A stretch of DNA of 63,494 nt, counting the filler, from Octopus bimaculoides (lineage: Eukaryota): assembly GCF_001194135.2 (NCBI RefSeq). It is 5 parts of 5 records of this genome, joined end to end, with 100 filler letters (N's around TTAATTAATTAA, not from the genome) between each part and the next. Parts side by side here need not be neighbours in the genome. Positions count along the whole stretch, not along the records: positions 46,028 to 53,202 come from NC_068982.1; positions 53,303 to 63,494 come from NC_068986.1; 3 more parts are not named here. One strand, written 5' to 3'. Both the position numbers and the translations under genes were made by a program. Positions 50,071 through 63,039 of this stretch are shown here, one piece after another. The notes below the pieces were generated by a model. The model did no database searches. It saw only the letters and a list, made by a program, of their open reading frames with translations, and was not told the origin of the DNA. Within the stretch, counting starts at the first letter, position 1. Every line of letters begins with the position of its first letter.

Positions 50071-50609
50071 GATTTCAGAAATACAAGTTTCTTTTCTTAA
50101 AATTAGGTTAGGTACCTCTTGGAGAACGTGCAAAAAAAAAAAAAAATGTCTAAAGTTAAGAGATTCTCGAGTCAAGTAAAATTACCAAGATTAACAAACA
50201 TATCTGTGGTTAGCAATTTCTGTGTGAGAAAGCATTGATAATATTTACAGATGTTAGTATCAGTATTTTCTAAATACGCCTATGTCTGTTTTTATAGGCA
50301 AATTGTCGATACTTTTACAGAAATTATTGTGTATCATTCCATTTATGCCAGTTAGAAACATTCTTTAAATGCCATAACATTTTAATTCAGCATGTCAATC
50401 GATGTCTTTCCAAAATTTTTCATCTCTTCAGCACATCACACACACACACATATTAATATAGACAGCAGTGTGCAATGCTTTACCAAAAAGGAAAACTATA
50501 ATTGTCACTGAATATGACTAGGGTGTTAGGAACACCTACATTACTAGAAATAAGAGTTCTTATTTCTAGCAATGCAGATGCTTCTAACACCTTAGTCATA
50601 TATATATAT

Positions 50610-50668
<59 letters not shown>

Positions 50669-50672
50669 ATAA

Positions 50673-50850
50673 TATTAGGGATAAAATCCAAAATTACAGG
50701 TAGAAACTCAATTAAAATCGATTTATTAAAAATTAACATTAAATTAAGTTTCACAGTATAAAATATAAATATATAGTTTTACGGAAAAGAACCAAGGTAT
50801 ACGAAATCATGAGTTCATGAACCTTGGTTCTTTTCCCTAAAACTATATAT
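50673..50850. mobile_element. AT-rich palindromic repeat module (family shared with 59846-60090 and 63040-63400)
   Basis: Begins ATATTAGGGATAAAATCCAAAATTACAGG; internal hairpin GGAAAAGAACCAAGG...CCTTGGTTCTTTTCC; abuts foldback 2. Confidence 0.65.
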
Positions 50851-50944
50851 ATATTGATAGAAAAGACAACAAAAGAAAGAAAGAGACCTTGATATTATTT
50901 AAATAGAGGAATTTATCTGTAAAAATGTGACAATTATTCGGTAG

Positions 50945-51012
50945 CCATGATAAAGCTCCGAGTTTCAGATGCCGGGGCGGAAACCCACGCTGCCATCTCT
51001 GCAGTTATCTGG
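50945..51012 (-). ncRNA. Degenerate hammerhead motif (likely inactive), left arm of foldback element 2
   Basis: Reverse complement CCAGATAA-CTGCAGA-...-GAAA-CTCGGAG-CT-TTATCATGG: same fold but A6>C in the core and U16.1>C at the cleavage triplet. Confidence 0.6.
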
Positions 51013-51464
51013 TCATTGAAAATTCCTATCAAAATGACCGTTAAACAAAGGGAAATTACTGTGTGGTTGACCGTTATTAAGACAAAAGAGCTATTAGAAT
51101 GGCCGCTAAGTAAGTGGAGGTAGTAAAGGTAAGGGAGTAAAAAAGTACATAGTATTCGCGTAAGCGCACCAATCCGTACATGCGCCTATATGTATATACT
51201 CATCAACCCTCGCTTGAAATATATATTTGGCGAATGTGTGGGTGAGCATGTGTGTGTTTCAAGCGAGGGTTGATGAGTATATACATATAGGCGCATGTAC
51301 AGATTGGTGCGCTAACGCGAATACTACGGACTTTTTTTACTCCCTTACCTTTACTCCCACCACTCACTTAGCGGTCATTCTAATAGCTCTTTTGTCTTAA
51401 TAACGGTTAACCACACAGTAATTTCCCTTTGTTTAACGGTCATTTTCATAGGAATTTTCAATGA

Positions 51465-51532
51465 CCAGATAACTGAAGAGATAGCGGCGTGGGTTTCCGC
51501 CCCGGCATCCGAAACTCGGAGTTTTATCATGG
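51465..51532 (+). ncRNA. Type I hammerhead ribozyme motif (intact core), right arm of foldback element 2
   Basis: Stem I GATAA(51468-72)/TTATC(51524-28), extended by CCA/TGG. Core CTGAAGA 51473-79. GC-rich stem II 51480-51510. GAAA 51511-14. Stem III ACT-CGG-AGT. NUH triplet GTT 51521-23. Confidence 0.72.
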
Positions 51533-51560
51533 CTACCGAATAATTGTCACATATTTTTAC

Positions 51561-51612
<52 letters not shown>

Positions 51613-52397
51613 NNNNNNNNNNNNNNNNNNNNNNNNNNNNNNNNNNNNNNNNNNNNNNNNNNNNNNNNNNNNNNNNNNNNNNNNNNNNNNNNNNNNNNNN
51701 NNNNNNNNNNNNNNNNNNNNNNNNNNNNNNNNNNNNNNNNNNNNNNNNNNNNNNNNNNNNNNNNNNNNNNNNNNNNNNNNNNNNNNNNNNNNNNNNNNNN
51801 NNNNNNNNNNNNNNNNNNNNNNNNNNNNNNNNNNNNNNNNNNNNNNNNNNNNNNNNNNNNNNNNNNNNNNNNNNNNNNNNNNNNNNNNNNNNNNNNNNNN
51901 NNNNNNNNNNNNNNNNNNNNNNNNNNNNNNNNNNNNNNNNNNNNNNNNNNNNNNNNNNNNNNNNNNNNNNNNNNNNNNNNNNNNNNNNNNNNNNNNNNNN
52001 NNNNNNNNNNNNNNNNNNNNNNNNNNNNNNNNNNNNNNNNNNNNNNNNNNNNNNNNNNNNNNNNNNNNNNNNNNNNNNNNNNNNNNNNNNNNNNNNNNNN
52101 NNNNNNNNNNNNNNNNNNNNNNNNNNNNNNNNNNNNNNNNNNNNNNNNNNNNNNNNNNNNNNNNNNNNNNNNNNNNNNNNNNNNNNNNNNNNNNNNNNNN
52201 NNNNNNNNNNNNNNNNNNNNNNNNNNNNNNNNNNNNNNNNNNNNNNNNNNNNNNNNNNNNNNNNNNNNNNNNNNNNNNNNNNNNNNNNNNNNNNNNNNNN
52301 NNNNNNNNNNNNNNNNNNNNNNNNNNNNNNNNNNNNNNNNNNNNNNNNNNNNNNNNNNNNNNNNNNNNNNNNNNNNNATATATATACATATATATAT

Positions 52398-52995
52398 TGT
52401 TGCGCCGCACGCGACCTCCCGAAACAACTCACAACATAACAGTATGTGGTCCGATAGTTCAGGAGACTGCGTAAGCGAGCTCAGCAAACCAACTTGCTTA
52501 GAGCAGAAGAAGTCAGAAGAATTGAAAATAACAAAACCGTTGAGTATAACCAAAATACATGAACTTTGAGAGGCTAATAACACTTATGGAATAAACAAAC
52601 AGTTCTTTAGAGAGATTTTAGAGAGTTCTTTCATTTACCTGTGAAATGTGTAGACTTCTTTTGGTGAGTTCTTCTTTTATTCACCAGTCTAATGATTTAT
52701 TTTCTATCTTTTTTTCTATCTCTTTTTTTTTTCCGACTGGACTCTTGTTACTTCCGAATGCACGGTACCATTGCCAAGTTCATTATTTTCGCAGCCAGTT
52801 CAAAACCTTCCACCGTTCACATTAACCGCCGAAACCAACTTCACACTCGACACCGAATACTGTGTCAACTGTTCCACACGAATTTTGCCTGGCAGTATCA
52901 CACACATCGACCGCATGGCACCGGCTACTATATAAAAACCGCTCACGTCGACTTTCATCGCGTTGCCCGTCGCACACCGTCTTTCGTTCGTAACA
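52398..52995. mobile_element. Candidate solo LTR (598 bp)
   Basis: Termini TGTTGCG...CGTAACA (6/7 inverted match, TG..CA); ATAT on both flanks within a TA microsatellite; TATA-like TATATAAAAA near 52930; higher GC than surroundings. Confidence 0.55.
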
Positions 52996-53550
52996 ATATA
53001 TACATATATAATTAATGTGGGCGTGGCTATGTGTTAAGAAGTTTGCTTCTCAACCACATGGTTACGGGTTAAGTCCCACTGCACGGCAACTTGCGCAATT
53101 ATCTTCTACTACAACTTGGAGACGATCAAAGCGTTGAGAATAAATTGTGATAGATGGAAACTGAAAGAAAGCCGTACTATATGCGTATATATATGTATAT
53201 ATNNNNNNNNNNNNNNNNNNNNNNNNNNNNNNNNNNNNNNNNNNNNTTAATTAATTAANNNNNNNNNNNNNNNNNNNNNNNNNNNNNNNNNNNNNNNNNN
53301 NNAAATGATCCCAAACGAACCGACGTCCCAGCATCAAGTACAGATTATGTAATCAGTATCAAACTTACTCATACACTAAACCGGCCAACAATCAATGAAA
53401 AACCATATGCAGGTGTAGTGATATGAAATACGAATACCCAGAAGAAATTAACTAAATAACAATGATGTGTAAAAGTACAAAATCACGGTAGTGCTTCAGT
53501 TTGACCTCACCCGTATGACTAAAAGGAATAAAAGAATAAAAGAATACATC

Positions 53551-53582
<32 letters not shown>

Positions 53583-55899
53583 TGTCTGTGTGTGTGTGTG
53601 TATATATATGTGCGTGTGTATGTGTGTGAGTATGTATATGACACACACATATAAACACACTGTAAAATAACACAGACACATACAGAAACGCATATATTCA
53701 TTTATAATTACAAATCAAAGAATAATCACTCAAAATGTAATCTGCGGTTTATAGCTTCGTGAAATTATTGTTTGATTCCTAACATTCATTCAAACAATAT
53801 ATAGTGGATAACGTCCTGTTCACAAAGTAGACAGTTATCGTGATCCATTTAGGTATAGGTGGACTTTACTTATGATGGCCATATTTTGTGAAGGCAACCA
53901 AATACAAGGTCCTTGAGCTTTTGACAGTATTTAACACAATGTATTTCAACCAGTTGCTTAAATACTTAATTATATTCGTATAATGTTTTCTTGACACAGA
54001 CAAAGCGATTCATATGAAAATGAGTTTGCTATTTTAGTTTGTGCATTTTATGAATTTTTGTAAAATTATCATTAAATTTGCTTGATTTTTACAATGTAAT
54101 TAGCAATAATTGTGCTGTTTTTTAAACAAAGTGCGTTTCATGAGTTAATGCCTTCAAATAAAAAAAACATTTTAGCTTAATAACGAAAAACAACTTTTAC
54201 CAAATCCTTCTATACGCATCATATATATAAATTAAAAAAATTAAAAACACATGGTCGTATTTCAAATACGTCTAAAATACGGCTTTGAACGAGTCATGTT
54301 TCAGTAAGGTTTAAACTTATATTTAAGTTACCCCCATAATCTGTAATATGTTATGAAATATAAGCAATTGTAATTCTATAATATCTTAAAATTTGTTAAT
54401 ATTAGTAGCATATTTGTTCTTTAATATTCTTTTCCCGTGTTCTCTAAATTCCATATTTATAGCAGAACTGCTAGGTAAGGAAGTTTATCTTTTCAAATAA
54501 TGTTTTATTTAAAAAAAGTTTCCGAGTTATTTTTGAGAAAGGAAATCACAAAGATGTGTAGCAGCTCATATCCCTCGATACAATTCCTAAAATCAAGCAG
54601 ACTTAGGTGGGAATGAATATATAGTCGGCTACGATAGCCACAATATATACTGGAATTATTTCATATCAATATTTCATTTCAAACCATTCTTTTCTTTATC
54701 ATATCACATTTGCAATACACCAGCGTAGAAAATAAAATCATATTACTTCATAAAATTGTCATTACAACAAATGTTATCACCAACACCAACACTACCACCA
54801 CCACCATCATCATCATCATCATTTATAGTTTTATTTTAAGTATAAATATAGATACATTCAACTTACGATTGCCCGGTTGTCAAAATTGCCGTCCCTAGAT
54901 GAGAAACAAAAATGTCGATTTAAGGATTATGAATTACAAAATAGCTGAAACAAAACATGATTTAGAGTGAAAAAACAATTTTCAACAATTTTTCAAACAG
55001 TCCCTTAATATATAATACCGAACATTTTGTGATTAGGAATGCTGGTAGAGTGTGATACATTATCTCCTCTATAATACATTTATTCTATATGACACATTCT
55101 AGTATACGATACATTATTTCTTCCGTGTTTACATGGTGAGATACGCCATCATAGCTTATCCACCGTTAAGGATTTATCAATACGTGTTTATATATTAATG
55201 CATCTCAGGAAAATGCGAAGTATGTCCGAGGAATCTCTTGTTGTGTACTGTTGCATTGCCATAAAAGGATTGGATGCTTGCATGCTTGCTTGTTTCTAAT
55301 ATGAAATCTATAAGAGTTTAGGAATCCTGTTGGATTCAAACACGCTGGGCAGGTCAGAGGGTAGAAGTCAGATTAAATGCATTTTTTTGTTCTTGAACTT
55401 GGAGGTTGGTGCAGTGTTAGTAGCTTCCTCTAAAAAACCATTAAATAACCTTGTACAATTCTCAAAGTATTGGGGAGGGACCACAGCAAGGATAAGCAGA
55501 GGTACATCACAAATGGCCTGTGCCCCAGAAATGGTCATGGGCTTAGATTAGTGTGAATGAAGAAACAATGCTTTCCAAATGTTGTAAATAACATCAAAAG
55601 AATTAGAACTGAACATTTAAACGGTAATTATACTGTTCCCGTAAAAAGAAAAATTCTTGGTTAATACTTACGAAATATCAAGTTAAAATGCGGTAACGTT
55701 TCGCTACCTGATACTTTAAATATTTTAAAGTAATTCATCATAAATATAGTGAATATAGGAATTGTGTCAGATTAAATGGATTCATTTCTTATAATTAAAA
55801 TTTTCGACTTTATATGAAATAAATTATATGCCATACGTATTAAAAGGAAAAGTCCTTTTATTAGAAAGTATGTTAATATACTAATGCAAATTTGGCATG

Positions 55900-56560
55900 A
55901 TGTTCAAATTTTAAAACTTCGACCATTCTTTTCCTCAGAGGTGACCCAAGACATATAAATACATATGTTACTGTTTCATTATTTCGGTTGTGTTCGTCAT
56001 TCTTTAAAGACATCATCTTTATCTGGATATATATATATATATATATATANNNNNNNNNNNNNNNNNNNNNNNNNNNNNNNNNNNNNNNNNNNNNNNNNNN
56101 NNNNNNNNNNNNNNNNNNNNNNNNNNNNNNNNNNNNNNNNNNNNNNNNNNNNNNNNNNNNNNNNNNNNNNNNNNNNNNNNNNNNNNNNNNNNNNNNNNNN
56201 NNNNNNNNNNNNNNNNNNNNNNNNNNNNNNNNNNNNNNNNNNNNNNNNNNNNNNNNNNNNNNNNNNNNNNNNNNNNNNNNNNNNNNNNNNNNNNNNNNNN
56301 NNNNNNNNNNNNNNNNNNNNNNNNNNNNNNNNNNNNNNNNNNNNNNNNNNNNNNNNNNNNNNNNNNNNNNNNNNNNNNNNNNNNNNNNNNNNNNNNNNNN
56401 NNNNNNNNNNNNNNNNNNNNNNNNNNNNNNNNNNNNNNNNNNNNNNNNNNNNNNNNNNNNNNNNNNNNNNNNNNNNNNNNNNNNNNNNNNNNNNNNNNNN
56501 NNNNNNNNNNNNNNNNNNNNNNNNNNNNNNNNNNNNNNNNNNNNNNNNNNNNNTATATAA

Positions 56561-56596
<36 letters not shown>

Positions 56597-57602
56597 TCAC
56601 TATAAAAATAACAAAAGACAAGATTTCTTTAAGTCACGTGAAACAAATTCTCAAATACTTTTATATTAGTATTTTAGTTTAATTCATATAATTTTCACTT
56701 AATAATATTTTGCTTAACTCGGTTGTATATCGTCGAACAATAATAATTTCTTGATGTGTTATCTGCTGAATTTACGCATTCAAATCTCTTGGAAAAAGAA
56801 TGACTCTCATATGGTCCCCATCCTTGACATTAGATAAAAACTAGCGTTTTTTCAATGATACCTAACCAATGTGTTATGAGACTGCAGTTTACACTGTTAA
56901 TCAAGTCATACCAAATCAATCAAACTTTTCAGCACCAGTAATGGACTTGGTAGCTTCATATAGAGAATTAACGGTGGGGGAAAGAATCCATATCGTTATA
57001 AACAGGTGCTGAATCGAAGAAGGCTTATGATACATTACAAATTAATATATATGGTACCTTACATTATTGACCTCGATTTGTATTATAAAGATTCATTATG
57101 ATAAAGCTACAGTAGAAATATGTTTTAACGATTTAACGCTATGGACACTGAAATAGAGCTCTAACAGTATGCGGTTATAGCTTCCGGTATCGAAAATAAC
57201 ATATGAAATTCCAATAACGTTCTCAAATTATTTTCTTGAAATATATAACAAAATAATTTCTATTCAGCTGCGTCAAACCAATATATCAATGTATCTAAAT
57301 CATCTCTTCTAATTGCACAAATTAGTGACAAATTCAATCTAAAAATATTCTATAAAACCTTCAGCAAATATTTAATTTTAAATTTCGCTTGCATTTTGTC
57401 ATGTGATCATTGCTTTTACATGTTTTAATCTTCATCTTGAAAATGGAAATAGAATATTCTAAGAGATTTTGGAACATATTAGATCTTCAAATGCAAAATT
57501 AGAAAGATTGCTGAACAGCTAAATTATAAAACATAATAACACAAGTGAATAACAAAATTTAAAATCGATTTGTCAAGATTATCACTACCACCGTCACACC
57601 CA

Positions 57603-57675
<73 letters not shown>

Positions 57676-58700
57676 TCCTTGACTGCCATCTATATGTGTT
57701 CATGCATGAAATGTGTATTTTGTTCGTCTGGTGACAGACCAGCTCTCAGCTGTCATTTAACGATTTTTTGTCTTCTAAATGTTATTTCATGTTTCCTATT
57801 TGAGAATTTCTAAGCCAAAATCTTTAACCATGTTGACAGCATAAATACACAACAGTTATGGAATGAAATGTAAATAGCAGTAAATCCCTCTTAATAAAGG
57901 AAACCATGAATCTTTATTCACCAAGCATTTGTCTAGTTTCTTTTATTAGTGTAATTTCCTAATGAAAGAACATTAAAATTTACATCAGAAATTCATCATA
58001 TATGTATTACTCAAACACATACACGCATACGCATATTAGATGCTTCTTCCCATTGCATATCACAAATCAATGCTGCTAATACCGTTTAAGGACATATGTT
58101 CCTATTTAGAAAAGCTTGCTTCATGGGCTTTGCTGGCGATGATAATACAATCAAGACTCCTCAGTAGACTGAACTGCACCGGGACTATGAACATAATAAG
58201 GCGTATGAAGTCAAGGTCTAATTAAACGCTATAAAGTTTCAAGTACTCAGCTCGTCTTATATCTTGCAACCTGTCTGTAGTATAGAGGTAGAGATTTTGT
58301 AAATCTAGCGTATATTTAGCATTAACACACCACATTCTATTAGAAACAACAGATTGATATGTGGAAGAAGAATAGCTTCTGAGGAAATCATAGACCAGAC
58401 ACTCATGAGAACATGTTGTTTTATTGCACATACCATCGAGTTATGGTAATCTCATGATGTGAAGCTCACTAATGAGCAGGAAGCAATAAAACGTTTCTAC
58501 AACAAAAATATTGCTTAATGCAAAAAAAGTCTAGAAATATGTCACTTAAAAGTTTGTCGCTCTACACTCTGGAGCAAACACGAAAAGGTATGTAGTAATT
58601 AGCATTAATAATGCTACTAAAACTTTGAAATTGAAAGCCATAAAAATTTCGAAATCAATTCTAGAAGGAATAGCACTCATCTCAGTTACATTCTGCTCTC
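55900..58700 (-). pseudogene. Second decayed LRR-coding remnant, block B
   Basis: One frame 58690-58040 gives ETFYCFLLISELHI, LQNLYLYTTDRL, FSLLRSLD and LNGISSIDL. Then FHNCCVFMLSTWLK (57869-57822, LRR-CT-like), IFQENNLRTL (57244), KSLIDLV*LD (about 56920) and ICLGSPLRKRMVEV (55956). Many stops. Confidence 0.35.
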
Positions 58701-59845
58701 AGCGTTTCTTCACATTTTGTTTTCCTAGTATGAATTCATTCGTCAGAATTTAATCAGATTTTCTAGACTGTGCCTCCACCTTAGTAATTATATGCGTGAT
58801 TTAAAGTATATTGAATCACTATAAATCTATGAGTAGAAGAAACTACGCAGGGAGTCATACTTCATGAAAACCGAATAGTAAAGTATGCGCTAAGATATGC
58901 AATGTGATGAGCCAAAATATATAATTAATCAAACTTAAACCCGTATTAATGCGCAAATATAAATCTTTGACTCTTGTAGTGAAAGCCTATGAGGACAACT
59001 CATGTACTGAAGTTAAATGAAATTAATTAAAAATAGAAGGCAGATAGGGGAGTGAGTCTGATCTTTGACAGAATAGGCGCACTTAAAAAAACGTATTATG
59101 ATATTAAAAATCTCTCGTTATTGAAGTATAGATCAACCATTCTTAGCAGCTATATATAATATGACAGAGATATCGATAATGGTATTTAAAATCCCTAAAC
59201 GAGTAGTAACTTTTAAAAAATGACATTACATTTTGTCAATATATAGTAGTACTTCCGCCAAGATCAACTTTGTCTTTCGTCCTTTCGGGCTGGATAAAAT
59301 AAGTACCAGTTGAGTACATTTCGACTTCCCCACCTCATCCAAAACTGTTGGCCTTGTGCCAAAATTTGAAACCAATATATAGTAGTGTATTAAATTTGTA
59401 TTGCGTACTTCATAATAATGCCTCAATTCTAATATTCATTTCATAATAATATTATACCTCAATAATTGAGGCATAATTATGCCTCAATTTGTTTGATACC
59501 AAAGCTAACATGGACTACTCTGGGATAGCGATGAATATTGTGAATTGTGGTGCATTGGTACGAACAATCAACATCAAAACGTACACATCCGGTCTGTGTA
59601 ACACTAGTATTGCTTTTTAATATTCATGTTTTTTGTTTTGATATTTGAATTCAAATTTGTTCACTGTACGAGTGTCGGCATCGCTGTGTACGTCTCCACT
59701 TATTCCTTTCCATACTATTACGCTGTTTCGCATGCAATTTAAAGTATGCCGCGGTTACCTTCTTCAATTTCTCATTATTACGATTACTAAAAAACATAGA
59801 TCTCTGGAAAACGCAACGTGTAATAGAAGATCACATTATCAGCAA

Positions 59846-60090
59846 AATCTTTATCTTATGATATTTACTTTGTATTATATTATACTCATTTATTGTGCTT
59901 TTAATTATTAATTTTTCTATATGTGACAGTGGATTTTCATCGATGAGTTCATGAACCTTGGTTCTTTTCCCTAAAACTATATATTTATATATATATTACT
60001 CTATGAAGCTCAATTTAATTTTAATTTTTTATAAATTGATTTTAATTGAGGTTTTACCAGTAATTTTGGATTTTGTTCCTAATATTATTA
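59846..60090 (-). mobile_element. Copy of the AT-rich palindromic module
   Basis: 59950-60090 is the reverse complement of 50675-50800 and 63040-63175; 59846-59990 directly matches 63258-63400. Confidence 0.7.
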
Positions 60091-61402
60091 TATATAAATA
60101 TAGTTATGTCCGTGTGTCTTTGTGTCTGCATTTGTTCCCCCACAATCACTTGGTGTTTATGTCCCCGTATTTAGCGGTTAGGCAAAAGAGACCCGTTACA
60201 TAAGTTCTAGGCTTAGAAACAATATGTCCTGGAATCGATTTCTTGGAATAAAAAGAGGCTTTCAGGTAGTTTTCCGTCGTGACAGCAGTCAAATGACTGA
60301 AAAAGGTAAAAGAATAAAAGAATACAAACCCAAGGGAAGGAACCCATCTATAACAATTACATAGTAAAATTTTATTTCTCACCATTAATTATATATTTTA
60401 CAGTTACCTTACATGGTACCCAACCATAAATATAACAACTTCGGATATATTTGATTTTATCGTCTCGCAATTATTTATTATAAACCAAGTGTGAAACTTA
60501 CATTTATCAAATTTGATGAAAAGTGAATTGCACATGCACGCATGCACGCACACAAACGTTCACACTCCACACACATGGGCACACGAATACATATTCACAC
60601 AAGCCCACATATATAAATCTATAGTTGTATACAATTTTACAGAAGAACTATAATGGTACAGTGTACATAGAATGCATTTGGGATGTTGCCCTGTTTTGAA
60701 TGAGTTATATGTAACTGAGGAAAAAGAAACGTGGGTCTGAAAATATAAAAGTGAGATGCGTGGAAAATATGAAGAGACAAAAGAATCTGTTAAACAGAGT
60801 GAGGACGAGAAAAGAAATAAAGCTATGTAGATGACAAAGTGTGAAAGAAAAATGTCAAGGGAAGGAAAGTGAATGAGAGAAGAAGAGAGAGACAGAGAGG
60901 GGGATAGAGAGACAGAGAGACACAGAAATAGAGAGACACAGAAAGAGAGAGAGAGACAGACACACAGAGACATGGAGGGAGCGAAAATGTGAGCGTAAAC
61001 TAAAAGTAGATAAACAAACATGAGATACATGTAAAATAGAGAGAAGGAATGAATGAGTGAAAAAAGAAAGAGGAAATAGATTTTTAACATGTATGAGAGA
61101 AAGACCAAATGATTATATGTACAGAAAGGGAAATAACGAAACGGACGTTGAAGACATTTAAACATGAATAATTAATAGAAGAACCATGTGGATGGGGTGA
61201 GATACGAGGGTTAATACTATAGTAATGAAATGGTGAGTTAGTAGAAGATAGAAAGGGGAGGTGAAATTATTAGTGTCAATGACAGTTAATTGTATAATGT
61301 TGGGAAATTCTAAAAATAGTGAGAGAACAGAGAAGATGGAGTTATGGATACACAAAACTCGCGGAATTAGATAAGTTTACTACTCGAAATGTGATTTGAT
61401 AT

Positions 61403-61492
<90 letters not shown>

Positions 61493-61636
61493 ACACACAC
61501 ACAGAAATACATATATGTACGTATATGTAAATATATAACCATATATTTATACATGTATATATATGTGTGTATGTATATATATATATGTATAAATATGTGT
61601 ACATATATATTCTAAATATATACATATGTATATATT

Positions 61637-61709
<73 letters not shown>

Positions 61710-63039
61710 CCTGTACCCGAATATGCATCTATATACACATGTAGATGTAAGTATGTACATATCTTTGTGTATACATGTTTATATATCCTTTCTGTTATTT
61801 ATATATATATGTTTGTATGTATGTATGTATGTATGTATGTATATATTCTCGTATTCCTGTTTTATCAATCACCTGTTTCTGTGGAGAAGCAAAGTCTCTA
61901 AATCTACAGCCCGCTCTTTATAGTCTCGACAATAGAAACAATGGATATGGATACTGAAGCATTTTCCTGCTACTTTACAATGTGAATGGTCATAGCTACT
62001 AGAAATTTGCTATATGGATTTGAATTCAACCATTATATTTAAATATCTTCAGTCTGGAGTTTCTCTTTGTGATAACTGAATGTATGTTGTCTGATTATTT
62101 TGGCATTGTACACTGTTATGATGAGTATTTCTGCTAATATTAATATAGTGTGTTTATGGAGAATTTTGTGGAGTAATGTTTCTACATACACTTACAGATG
62201 AAATGTCTAGACATATCCTCAATAGATATTTCACATCTTACAACATACACCCCTCTTTCAGACTGTCTGAGTAAGGTTGATCAGGCCTAAATTTGTGCCC
62301 AAATGGTTTACTACAGATTCCACAAGTCACCTTTTTCAGCTAGAACCATGTAGATGATTTCTCAACGGTATCCGCCTTGTTCCTGACGGTTCTTCTACTC
62401 ACTCCTGTGACGTCCAGGAATCCATCACCCTTATTGAGGATAACCACCAGCAAATTCCCGACTGCCCACTTCCGTTCATGTGATAATCCCAAACCAGCTT
62501 CTGACGTTTTTCTCTCTTCATTTCTTGGACCTTCTCCACACTTTAGTTCCATGGTACAAGTGAGCACAATAAGATGAACTGCTTTTGACGAACAATAAGT
62601 GATATAAAATGCAAGATTTAACTCTTTTCTCAACTGGCATGATCCATTCGTGTGTCCTGGAAAGCATTACCTTCCTTATAAAAGACAATCCTTTTGGCTG
62701 TTGGTATAAGAATATTTGTTGTCATTAATTCTCTTGTATACTACTTCAACAGCACTTCTGGGGTGTCTCTCGAGTTTCTTAACCTCAAAATACTGCGCAT
62801 GCAAGTAGCTATATGTTATAAGTATGTTTCCTATTTAGTATTGTTTAATGTTATGTTGTGCATTCCTGATGTACACACGTGCATACACCTCAGATGCATA
62901 AAAGCAGACATGCACACACACGCACACACAAACACACGCACACATGTATGTATATGTTATATATATATTATGCATAAATATAATATATTAATATATTACA
63001 TAATATATGTATATTATATATATATATATATATATCATA

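Larger units (their letters stand above)
42750..50440 (-). pseudogene. Highly decayed LRR-protein (possibly Toll-like receptor) coding remnant, block A, broken by many TE insertions
   Basis: Minus-strand translations in plausible order: DMFVNLGNFT*LENLLTLDI (50219-50146); INGNYIFPL*IRIF..LDSNRRLLHL (47674-47572); DIFYRLPNITTL (about 46570-46530); GGNILICYCD (46325-46296, LRR-CT-like); FEHEYYLTTVQLSPNNILAL (45705-45640, 24-aa spacing); VQNLAFSENE (about 44345); FLNNNKLT (about 43650); IYRKVWVY (43289); CPGE...SVWCQ (42870-42793, weak TIR-like). Many stops and frameshifts; the LRR pattern is permissive in AT-rich DNA. Confidence 0.45.
50920..51559. mobile_element. Foldback element 2, probable PLE derivative (inverted pseudo-LTRs)
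   Basis: About 300-bp arms 50920-51219 and 51257-51559, about 95% identical, 37-bp spacer; a hammerhead motif in each arm; microsatellite flanks. Confidence 0.78.

Noticed and set aside
58110-58145. Peptide GFAGDD on the plus strand, as in actin
   Set aside because: Only 6 residues match; the flanks do not resemble actin (no DNGSG or APRAVFP).
62340-62633. Overlapping 97-aa (-) and 66-aa (+) ORFs with possible donors in a GC-richer patch
   Set aside because: No recognisable domain, no consistent acceptor/phase solution and no partner exon; cannot be supported without expression data.
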